Shown here in pieces: positions 30,110 to 37,605 of a stretch of DNA of 64,000 nucleotides. The DNA lies in assembly GCA_019117485.1 (NCBI GenBank), contig DWZQ01000028.1, positions 20,555 to 84,554 of the forward strand, in the 5' to 3' direction. The DNA comes from Candidatus Agathobaculum intestinipullorum. Its GTDB lineage: Bacteria > Bacillota > Clostridia > Oscillospirales > Butyricicoccaceae. The translations under genes and the position numbers were made by a program. Within the stretch, counting starts at the first letter, position 1. Every line of letters begins with the position of its first letter. The notes under the pieces were generated by a model. The model did not search any database and was not told where the DNA came from. It worked only from the letters and a program-made list of their open reading frames with translations.

Positions 30110-30477
30110 ACCCCACCAACCTTCTGTGCCTGACGGAAGGTATCACGGAGATCCGTCAGACGGGGCTTGACCTCCGCCAGCACTTTGGCATTGCGCCCTG
30201 CCTGCACCCGGCTCAATTCGTATGAAAAGAAATCATACAGACGATGCAAATCATGGCTGATCGGATATCGGGGGTCAAGGGTGTCATCCAGATACCTTAT
30301 AATTTCCCGACAGCGGACAATAGATTCCTCAAACACCGGATAATTTTTGTCTTTTAGTGCAATTTCTGCACGAGTAAGCCGCTTAATCAACTCATCATAA
30401 AGTAACATCAGCAGCTCGCCTGGTGTCATGGTACTAATGGACTGTTGCTTATATTGCTGATAGCCATGTGTATCCAT
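30106..30477 (-). CDS. fliS: flagellar export chaperone FliS
   Basis: 123 aa. YQQYKQQSISTMTPGELLMLLYDELIKRL and the four-helix FliS pattern. Confidence 0.9.
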   Translation of the reverse strand: MDTHGYQQYKQQSISTMTPGELLMLLYDELIKRLTRAEIALKDKNYPVFEESIVRCREIIRYLDDTLDPRYPISHDLHRLYDFFSYELSRVQAGRNAKVLAEVKPRLTDLRDTFRQAQKVGGV

Positions 30478-30527
30478 AGCCGGAATACCCCGTCCTTCCT
30501 AATATTATATACCAGCAATTTCAATTG

Positions 30528-33104
30528 TCAATAGCTTCCCCCGCCCAAACCCATCAAATACGAGCTTTGCGAGTTCATCTGCGCAATCAGCGTTTCCAAC
30601 TTGCTGAATTTTGAGGTGTAATAGTCGATCTTGTCATTGAGCTTCTCGGTCAGGCTATCAATGACATCGTCATAACTGTCGATCTTGTCTTGCAGCGTGT
30701 TCTGCAACAACGCCATCGGCGAATACTGCGAACCAGCCTTCTCGATCAGGATACCCTTGGTTGCACCAGTCGTAGCAGCGTACTTATCAAGCTGTACCTT
30801 CAGGCGGGACATCGCGCCACCCGACGAAGTATCATCCACCCACGATGTTGTGCCGTCGCTGTTTGTGACCTGCTTCTTTTCCAGCGGATCGGTAAACGCA
30901 CTGGCAACGGCATCCGGATCGCTGGCCAGCGCCGAGCGTAGCTTGGTCTCATCCAACGTGATCTTACCCTTATCCGAATAGCTGGTGGAAACGCTGATGC
31001 CAATCGCGTCCATATCCAAATTAGAGAACACAAAACGCAACCCGTTGGACAGGCCACCTAAGTCCTGATCTCCGAACAGCAGACCCTGCTTTGCCTTTTC
31101 CTCGTATTCCTCAATCTGCTTATCGCTCAGTTCTGCTTTTTGATCATCGGTCAGCGGCAGATATTCATTCTTGTGGTCAGGCTGGGTGGAATACTGCTCG
31201 TTGATTTCCGCGAGCACCTTGTTATAGTCTTCCACGAAACTCTTGACCGCATCGACAATCTTGTCCGCGTCTACCTTTTTATCAAAGCTGACGTATTCAT
31301 TTTCATTGCCCGGTGTCGCCTTGAATGTGCCGTTTGCCGTAACGGTGAAGCCATCAATGTTGAATGTGTTGGTGCCACTGGTCAAGGTGGTTTCCACGCC
31401 ATTGATCAGGGCAGTCATCTCAGCATCCTGACCTTTGATTACGTTGACACCATTACCTTTGAAGGTATCATTCCCGCTCGGCACCGACTGTCCACGGACT
31501 GTGGAAATATCTCCGTTTTCATCGTAAACAACCGATCCAAACAGGCTGGCCGCCAAGTTCATAGCGCCATCAATTTCGCGATCAATTGCGATCTGTCCGC
31601 CATCACCGCCATGCTTTGAGGTGAACACAAACTGATTGGCCGTCGTCGAATAGTTGACCTTAACACCCGCTTGCTGATTACTATTAATATCGTTTATAAT
31701 CGTCTCCAGCGTCGTATCCGCCGTATACTCGCTGCCGATCCGTACGCCGTTGATTTCCAGCGCATACAACGCTTTTCCATCCTTGGTGCCAATTTCTTGA
31801 AAGTACTGTCCGTTAATATAGGTCACTTTGGAGCCATCATCTAAAACACTTTCTTTCGTGCCATAAAGGTCGCCGAGTGTCTTGCTGGTATTGACACGGT
31901 TAGATGCGCCACGGTCAATACCAAAAATGCCGCCTTCGCCTACAACATGCAGCGTGCCGGAATTGATGGTCAACGTATCGCTGTCACTGGCGGACTTTAA
32001 CTCAAAGGAAGGCTGGAACTTTCCATCCTCTCCAATATTGGAAACCTCGATGCGGTTATAACCAAACGCCTGATCAAACTGGGTCTGGAGATAGTCCTCC
32101 ATCTTCTGCGCAGCTTCTTCCGGAGTTTTGGAATTTACAAAAATATCCTTATACTCATCCGAATCCTTTTCCGGCATCTTGATGGTTGCCGTCGTGCCAT
32201 TATAGGTCACGTTCATCGTAGCGCCTGCCAGAATAATGGCAACCGAGCGGTCGGAGAACAAATCTGTATCCGGGTTGATTTCTTGGGTCGAATTTATTGT
32301 GCCGTCGCCACTCATAGTTGCTCCGCCCGACAAGTGTAAAGCATCCAATGCATCCGGAGACGAGTAGCTTTTCAGCTCCAACGTGTTGCTTTCGTCCTCT
32401 TCTTTAAAAGAAAAAGAAAGCTTTCCGTCACTGGTAGCCTCTGCCTTGATTTTGGTGTCCATCGTAATGCTTGAACCGTCGGACAGGGTAATCGATGCAT
32501 TGCCAAGTTGCTTGTTGATCTCGTCTACAACATCATCCAAGTCGTCATACACGCGGTCGCTATCAAAGGTGATCGTGAAGCTCTTATTGCCATACTCAAA
32601 CGACAGCTGCTGACCTGCAAGATTGCTCACCTTAGTTGTGCCTGTCAAATCTACACCTTTGGTACCAGAAATGCTGGTATCATTCTTTTTACCGTTCAGC
32701 CCGGTGAAACTGATGGTTTCTGTTTGCGCCATCTGCGACACACCCGTGATTTTAATATCACTGCTGGTGCTGCCGGATGCTGAAATCTTGCTCGCATTCT
32801 CGCCCAAAGACGTAATAATACTGGGCTGGAAAAATGCCGAGCTCATCAGGTTGGTCGACGAGGTATACGACGTATACTTATTGGAAATCTGCACCAGCTG
32901 GTCACTGATGCTGCGATAAGCTTCCTGCTGCCAAAGCAAGATCTGCTGATTCTGCTTTTGCGTATCAATCTTATTCTTGATACCCATGACCATATTTTCG
33001 ATCATGGATTCTGTATCCATGCCACTGGCTAAACCGCTGACGATATTGCCCGTGCGGCTTCCATAAATGCTAGAGGTACTGCTGCTTACACTGCTGACTG
33101 CCAT
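30528..33104 (-). CDS. fliD: flagellar filament cap protein FliD (long form)
   Basis: N-terminal FliD motif (SGLASGMDTESMIENMVMGIKNKID) and C-terminal FliD domain (YTSKFSKLETLIAQMNSQSSYL). GAGGAG RBS lies before ATG 33104. Confidence 0.85.
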   Translation of the reverse strand: MAVSSVSSSTSSIYGSRTGNIVSGLASGMDTESMIENMVMGIKNKIDTQKQNQQILLWQQEAYRSISDQLVQISNKYTSYTSSTNLMSSAFFQPSIITSLGENASKISASGSTSSDIKITGVSQMAQTETISFTGLNGKKNDTSISGTKGVDLTGTTKVSNLAGQQLSFEYGNKSFTITFDSDRVYDDLDDVVDEINKQLGNASITLSDGSSITMDTKIKAEATSDGKLSFSFKEEDESNTLELKSYSSPDALDALHLSGGATMSGDGTINSTQEINPDTDLFSDRSVAIILAGATMNVTYNGTTATIKMPEKDSDEYKDIFVNSKTPEEAAQKMEDYLQTQFDQAFGYNRIEVSNIGEDGKFQPSFELKSASDSDTLTINSGTLHVVGEGGIFGIDRGASNRVNTSKTLGDLYGTKESVLDDGSKVTYINGQYFQEIGTKDGKALYALEINGVRIGSEYTADTTLETIINDINSNQQAGVKVNYSTTANQFVFTSKHGGDGGQIAIDREIDGAMNLAASLFGSVVYDENGDISTVRGQSVPSGNDTFKGNGVNVIKGQDAEMTALINGVETTLTSGTNTFNIDGFTVTANGTFKATPGNENEYVSFDKKVDADKIVDAVKSFVEDYNKVLAEINEQYSTQPDHKNEYLPLTDDQKAELSDKQIEEYEEKAKQGLLFGDQDLGGLSNGLRFVFSNLDMDAIGISVSTSYSDKGKITLDETKLRSALASDPDAVASAFTDPLEKKQVTNSDGTTSWVDDTSSGGAMSRLKVQLDKYAATTGATKGILIEKAGSQYSPMALLQNTLQDKIDSYDDVIDSLTEKLNDKIDYYTSKFSKLETLIAQMNSQSSYLMGLGGGSY

Positions 33105-33261
33105 ATAGACCGCTCCTCTCTTATTCTGCATACCCTATGATAGGTATTGGTAGCTACAAAAACTGCGCAATTATAAAATTTCTTCTATGTTTTTATTTCG
33201 ACATGTAGTATACTTAACATAAGAGTGCACGAGATTTTTTTCAGGCAAGGAAGTGATTTCA

Positions 33262-34023
33262 ATGGCAAAAATTATTGCCATAACCAACCAAAAAGGCGGC
33301 GTAGGAAAGACAACCACAGCGGCTGCACTGATCGCGTCGCTTTCCGAACGCGGATATAAAATACTCGGTGTCGATCTGGATCCTCAGGGCAACCTTGGTT
33401 TCAGCCTCGGCGTGGATATTGAGAATGTGCATACGCTATACGAAGTGTTCAAAAAGCAGATCACGATCGAGCAGGCTATCTGCCCCATGACATACGGCGA
33501 TCTGCTCTCCTCCAATATCCTGCTGTCCGGCGTGGAACTTGAATGCAACAAGCCGGGGCGCGAATATATGCTCAAAACCGAGCTTTCCATGATCTCCGAG
33601 CGCTATGACTATATCATCATTGATACGCCTCCGGCGCTCAACCTGCTGACTGTCAACGCCTACGTCGCATCGGATCAGCTGATTATCCCGATGGCACCTG
33701 AAATCCTCAGCCTGCTCGGTGTCACGCAGATTAAGGAAACCATCGAAACCGTGCGGCAATATTACAACCCGAGTTTACAAGTCATCGGCATTTTGCTTAA
33801 CAAGTTTAATGCGCGTCTCAACCTCAACCGCGACGTACTGGAGTTGTCCCAGCAAATCGCCCAACAGCTCGGCACAAAAGTATTCAATGCCAAAATCCGC
33901 CAGAGCGTCATGGTGGCCGAAGCACCCGCACACGGCGAAAGCATTGTCACATACTCGCCTAATTGCAAACCCGCTTTGGACTTTATCGCCTTGGTCGATG
34001 AGATCCTGTCCGACAGGCACTAA
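33262..34023 (+). CDS. ParA/Soj-type deviant Walker A ATPase (orphan; no ParB adjacent)
   Basis: KIIAITNQKGGVGKTTTAAAL, IIIDTPPALN and LLNKFN, a typical ParA/Soj layout. Confidence 0.9.
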   Translation: MAKIIAITNQKGGVGKTTTAAALIASLSERGYKILGVDLDPQGNLGFSLGVDIENVHTLYEVFKKQITIEQAICPMTYGDLLSSNILLSGVELECNKPGREYMLKTELSMISERYDYIIIDTPPALNLLTVNAYVASDQLIIPMAPEILSLLGVTQIKETIETVRQYYNPSLQVIGILLNKFNARLNLNRDVLELSQQIAQQLGTKVFNAKIRQSVMVAEAPAHGESIVTYSPNCKPALDFIALVDEILSDRH

Positions 34024-34046
34024 ACAAAGGAGGAGCATCCAACCCT

Positions 34047-35138
34047 ATGCCAGCGAAACGAAGCAATAAAACCGCACGCGTATTGAACCTGATCACCAAT
34101 TCCGGTGAAGCCGAACAAGGGGAGCAGCAGGCGGCCGCACCGGTTCCAGAGGAACCGCAGACAGACACCCCCACCACCAAAGGCAATGATAAACAAGCTA
34201 AGGAAACTGCAAAGCCTGCAAAAGAGAAACCAAAAGGCACAGCTTCCAAAAATGCAAAAATAAAAGACGCAGCTCCGGCAGAGCCGCCCCAACCGGCGGC
34301 ACAGCCTGCCGCAGAACCCGTGTCTTCCCCAGCGCTGGTGCAGACGCCGCCTCCGGCGGCTCCGGCCCCCGTCGTGCCGATTGTACAGAATGTCCGCGAG
34401 AAGGAACAGGCACTGTCGGAAGATATCAAATCCGGCCTTCTGGAAGCACTGTCCGAAGCCGAAGCGGCGGAAGCGCCCAGCACCCCAGCGCCTCAGGAGG
34501 ATACAACTATGCCTGTGGCCGACGAAGCTGCCAGCGAACCGCCTGCCGCCGCATCACAACCAGAAGTCGACCCCGAATTTGCTGCATCCGAACCAGCAGC
34601 CGTTCCGGCCATCCCGGATATTACCGAAGCACCTGCGGCAGAACTCACTCCTGCGACAGAACCCACTGCGATAGAACCTCCCGAGCCGTCCCCCGAAGCT
34701 GCGGAAGCGCCCACCGTCTCTCTGGTGGCGCCACCAGACGCAGAGCCGCCAGCACAGTCTCCCCAAGCTCCCGAATCTGCCTCGGCGCAGCCGGAGCCTA
34801 CTGTCCAAGAACCGGCCAAGCCCGCCCAATCGCCCCAACCGAAAGCCGAGTTATATACCCCCACCGGCGCAACCGAAGTCGAATACACCAATGTGTTACA
34901 GTCATTGGTCGAGGACATCTCACCATATTATATCTGTAACATGTTGCAGTGCAACTGCCAACGTTGCATAGCGGACATGAAGGCACTTGCCCTGACCAAT
35001 CTGCCCTCCAAATATGTTGTGCTGGAAAAGGATCACAAGGCCGCCTATATGAGCGTATACGCTGCCCGGTATGAAAAGTTGCTGTCTGTGCAAATGATGC
35101 GTGCTTGCGTCATAGTCAATGAGCACCCTCATCACTGA
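34047..35138 (+). CDS. Pro/Ala/Glu-rich disordered protein with a C-terminal ComFB-like Cys4 domain
   Basis: 363 aa. Residues ~20-270 are low-complexity P/A/E. The C-terminus YYICNMLQCNCQRCIADMKALALTNLPSKYV has the CX4CXCX2C motif of ComFB (from memory). Lies 23 nt downstream of the parA-like gene. Confidence 0.6.
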   Translation: MPAKRSNKTARVLNLITNSGEAEQGEQQAAAPVPEEPQTDTPTTKGNDKQAKETAKPAKEKPKGTASKNAKIKDAAPAEPPQPAAQPAAEPVSSPALVQTPPPAAPAPVVPIVQNVREKEQALSEDIKSGLLEALSEAEAAEAPSTPAPQEDTTMPVADEAASEPPAAASQPEVDPEFAASEPAAVPAIPDITEAPAAELTPATEPTAIEPPEPSPEAAEAPTVSLVAPPDAEPPAQSPQAPESASAQPEPTVQEPAKPAQSPQPKAELYTPTGATEVEYTNVLQSLVEDISPYYICNMLQCNCQRCIADMKALALTNLPSKYVVLEKDHKAAYMSVYAARYEKLLSVQMMRACVIVNEHPHH

Positions 35139-35151
35139 TGCTGCAAAACAC

Positions 35152-35184
35152 AAAATCCTGCGCCGAACCATGACGCAGGATTTT
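35152..35184. terminator. bidirectional terminator between the ComFB-domain gene and csrA
   Basis: Perfect 11-bp stem AAAATCCTGCG/CGCAGGATTTT with an 11-nt loop. Confidence 0.8.
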
Positions 35185-35229
35185 CTATTGCCCAAGGCTC
35201 ACCAACGCAGATGTGCCTAAGGCATGCTC

Positions 35230-35463
35230 TTACTTTTTGTTTCGGCCTCGAAGCATATGGAGGAGTTCGATTGGAGATTCCTTTTCCTGTGCCGCAGAAC
35301 GGTTTTCCCGTTGCGCTTCCACCAACTCAGTGCGCAGCACAGCAATATCACGCGGCGCATCCACCGACAAACGCACACGCCCCTGCCCAATCTCCTGGAC
35401 AGTGACCACAATCCGGTCGCCAATCATGAAGGACTGGCCTTCTTTGCGCTGCAGGATCAGCAT
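35230..35463 (-). CDS. csrA: carbon storage regulator CsrA (FliW-partnered type)
   Basis: MLILQRKEGQSFMIGDRIVVTV...VRLSVDAPRDI..LR.E. Overlaps the fliW stop. Confidence 0.95.
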   Translation of the reverse strand: MLILQRKEGQSFMIGDRIVVTVQEIGQGRVRLSVDAPRDIAVLRTELVEAQRENRSAAQEKESPIELLHMLRGRNKK

Positions 35464-35903
35464 GCCCCATCATCCCTCTTTCCCAGTGATGAAAGTGAAC
35501 GCCGCATTTCATAATCCTCCAAAATTACCTGCCGCGCTTGCCGTGTTTGGTCGTTGAGTGCAATCGGGCAACGCAGATTCACCGTACTCTGCGATACCGG
35601 GCTCTCCACCCGGCACAGCACATAATAGCACAGATCTTCGCTTTTCCCTACTTCCAGCCGTTTCAGCTCCTCCACTGTCGGCTGTGGACGATACTCCGGC
35701 ATAATCATAAACGGGTTGAGCACCGTGAACGCCAGAAACGGCGTTTTCACACTTTGCAGGCACAACAGGAAATCATCCTCTTCCGAAAACGGAAGCAGAA
35801 CAAATTCCTTTTCCTCTTCAAAACCAAACAGGCCGTCAGGAAAACGGAGCGTTGTGCTGTCATCAATCCGCAACTCTCCAAAATACTTGGTTTGGATATT
35901 CAT
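35457..35903 (-). CDS. fliW: flagellar assembly factor FliW
   Basis: 148 aa. FGELRIDDSTTLRFPDGLFGFEEEKEFVLLPF is a typical FliW N-terminus. Confidence 0.9.
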   Translation of the reverse strand: MNIQTKYFGELRIDDSTTLRFPDGLFGFEEEKEFVLLPFSEEDDFLLCLQSVKTPFLAFTVLNPFMIMPEYRPQPTVEELKRLEVGKSEDLCYYVLCRVESPVSQSTVNLRCPIALNDQTRQARQVILEDYEMRRSLSSLGKRDDGAC

Positions 35904-35917
35904 CCTCCTGCTCCTTC

Positions 35918-36520
35918 TCAGGCTTTCTCATCCAGCGGCACATAGTTCGGATCCGCAGACGGCGGCACATAAACCGGCCCACCGATGTACTTAATCACCA
36001 CGTCCGGCTGCTGGGTCACGGTAAACTCGATATTGCCCGGAATGAACTCTACGTTCCCTTGATCCATCCGCCAGTCAAAATTGAGCTTATCCATCTCATA
36101 GCGGATGTTTAGCTCCGCATCGTCCCATGTGATTTCCGGACCGGTGGTCGGCAGCCATTTCATGGCAAAATCCGTATTCACCTGCTGCGATTCCATTGCG
36201 AACTGTGAGATCAGCTGTTCACCAATTTTTGCTTCCAACAATAAGTCCCCCCGACGCGCATAGGTCGCAGTTGTTTCGTATACCTTCTGTTGCCCACGCT
36301 GTGCAGCCTGTTCGATGCTTCGCATCGCGGTCGGCGAGACGGAATTACGCGCTTCAAACGTATCAATGTTCACCTTGATGGGTTTACTCCGGATCTGTAA
36401 ACCACCTTGATTTCTGGAAATCTCCAGATCCACCGTTGAACGCTTATAGTCCAACCGTGCATGGTTCACCTTCATTTCCAATTCGATGGGAACCGTTTTG
36501 ATCTCGATTAATTGCTCCAT
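35918..36520 (-). CDS. YviE-like protein (DUF6470-type)
   Basis: 200 aa. It occupies the yviE slot between flgL and fliW, and IEIKTVPIELEMKVNHARLDY resembles that family (from memory). Confidence 0.55.
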   Translation of the reverse strand: MEQLIEIKTVPIELEMKVNHARLDYKRSTVDLEISRNQGGLQIRSKPIKVNIDTFEARNSVSPTAMRSIEQAAQRGQQKVYETTATYARRGDLLLEAKIGEQLISQFAMESQQVNTDFAMKWLPTTGPEITWDDAELNIRYEMDKLNFDWRMDQGNVEFIPGNIEFTVTQQPDVVIKYIGGPVYVPPSADPNYVPLDEKA

Positions 36521-36568
36521 CCATTACTCACCCTTTCCTTTTATTAACTGAATCGACCGTTAATCGAA

Positions 36569-37582
36569 TTAACTCATGTAGTCAATAAAAGACTGCGACA
36601 AAATATCATTTCCCACACGAAGTGCCGCATTATAACTGTACTGTGCGTACGCAAACGTTGTCAACGCATCCGCCAGATCCACCCGATCCAAGCCCTCATA
36701 CTGCGTTGTCAGCGTATCGCCGGTTGAAACCAAACGCGTATCATTCGTTTTCAAAAACTGTGCCTTGGTATCCAACTTGGTCCACTCTGCGCGGAAAGCC
36801 GAGTTGCTATCCTGCAAGCTATCAAACAGAATTTCCGCACGCTCGGAGTCCGCCGCGCTCATGTCGCCGGTCTCAGAATCCGCACGCGAGTAAATTTCGC
36901 CAAGCTCCGAGATGATACTGATCATATTGTTGGGTACGCCATCCGTCTGGCCATAGCCCACCAGCCCAATGCCGGAAATAGCAGAGTTGAACGCCGTCGA
37001 CGGTACAACCTGTTCATTTTCGTCCAGCTGCATACCAAGGCCAATGTCCACAAACGCCGTTTCTTCGGCCATTTCCGCAAAGGCTGCTTCATTGGCCGGA
37101 TCGTTGACATCTAGCCCACGGAAATACAACTTGCCATCCTTCAGCTCAAACGGCGCGTTATCACCGTCCGCACCCGCGAAAACGAACTTTTCGTTGTACT
37201 GCGCGTTGAGCGTCTGCACCATACCTTCTGCAATGCCCTTGAGCGTTTCACCCAACTGCTGACGCGCACCAGCATTCGTATCATTTTGGCCGCGCTTTGC
37301 TGCTTCCAGCGCATCATTGTATTGATTCTGCAGCTGCTGCAGGCTGCTGCCTGCTGCCTCGTACTTGCTGATCATCTCTTCGCTCATATTCTGCTGCGCG
37401 GTGTTACGCGCATACGCAGAATGCAGCCGGAACGACTGCGTTGCCAGCGACGGCGACTCCGCGTAGGACGAAAAACGACGCTGTGTCAGCACCGTATTCA
37501 TCGACTGGAACTGGTTGAGCGTCGCCCTAGCCAAATGGCCACGGTAAGTACGCAGCGTACCGTTGGTCGTTACTCGCATCAT
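36569..37582 (-). CDS. flgL: flagellar hook-associated protein 3 FlgL
   Basis: 337 aa. Flagellin-like N-terminus (MRVTTNGTLRTYRGHL) and C-terminus (YSYNAALRVGNDILSQSFIDYM). Confidence 0.85.
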   Translation of the reverse strand: MMRVTTNGTLRTYRGHLARATLNQFQSMNTVLTQRRFSSYAESPSLATQSFRLHSAYARNTAQQNMSEEMISKYEAAGSSLQQLQNQYNDALEAAKRGQNDTNAGARQQLGETLKGIAEGMVQTLNAQYNEKFVFAGADGDNAPFELKDGKLYFRGLDVNDPANEAAFAEMAEETAFVDIGLGMQLDENEQVVPSTAFNSAISGIGLVGYGQTDGVPNNMISIISELGEIYSRADSETGDMSAADSERAEILFDSLQDSNSAFRAEWTKLDTKAQFLKTNDTRLVSTGDTLTTQYEGLDRVDLADALTTFAYAQYSYNAALRVGNDILSQSFIDYMS

Positions 37583-37605
37583 AACTTATTCACTACTCCT
37601 TCCGT

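Noticed and set aside
33105-33261. Sigma-28 or SigA promoter calls for fliD and the divergent parA-like gene.
   Set aside because: I found only partial matches (TCGAAATA, a TATAAT without a convincing -35, TTGCGC-17-TATGTT). None was good enough to annotate.
33983-34918. Several minus-strand ORFs (33983..34483, 34493..34918 and others) opposite the ComFB-domain gene.
   Set aside because: They arise from the GC-rich, low-complexity Pro/Ala/Glu coding tract and translate to Gly/Ala/Ser/Cys runs. The plus-strand frame ends in a recognisable Cys4 domain and has an RBS.
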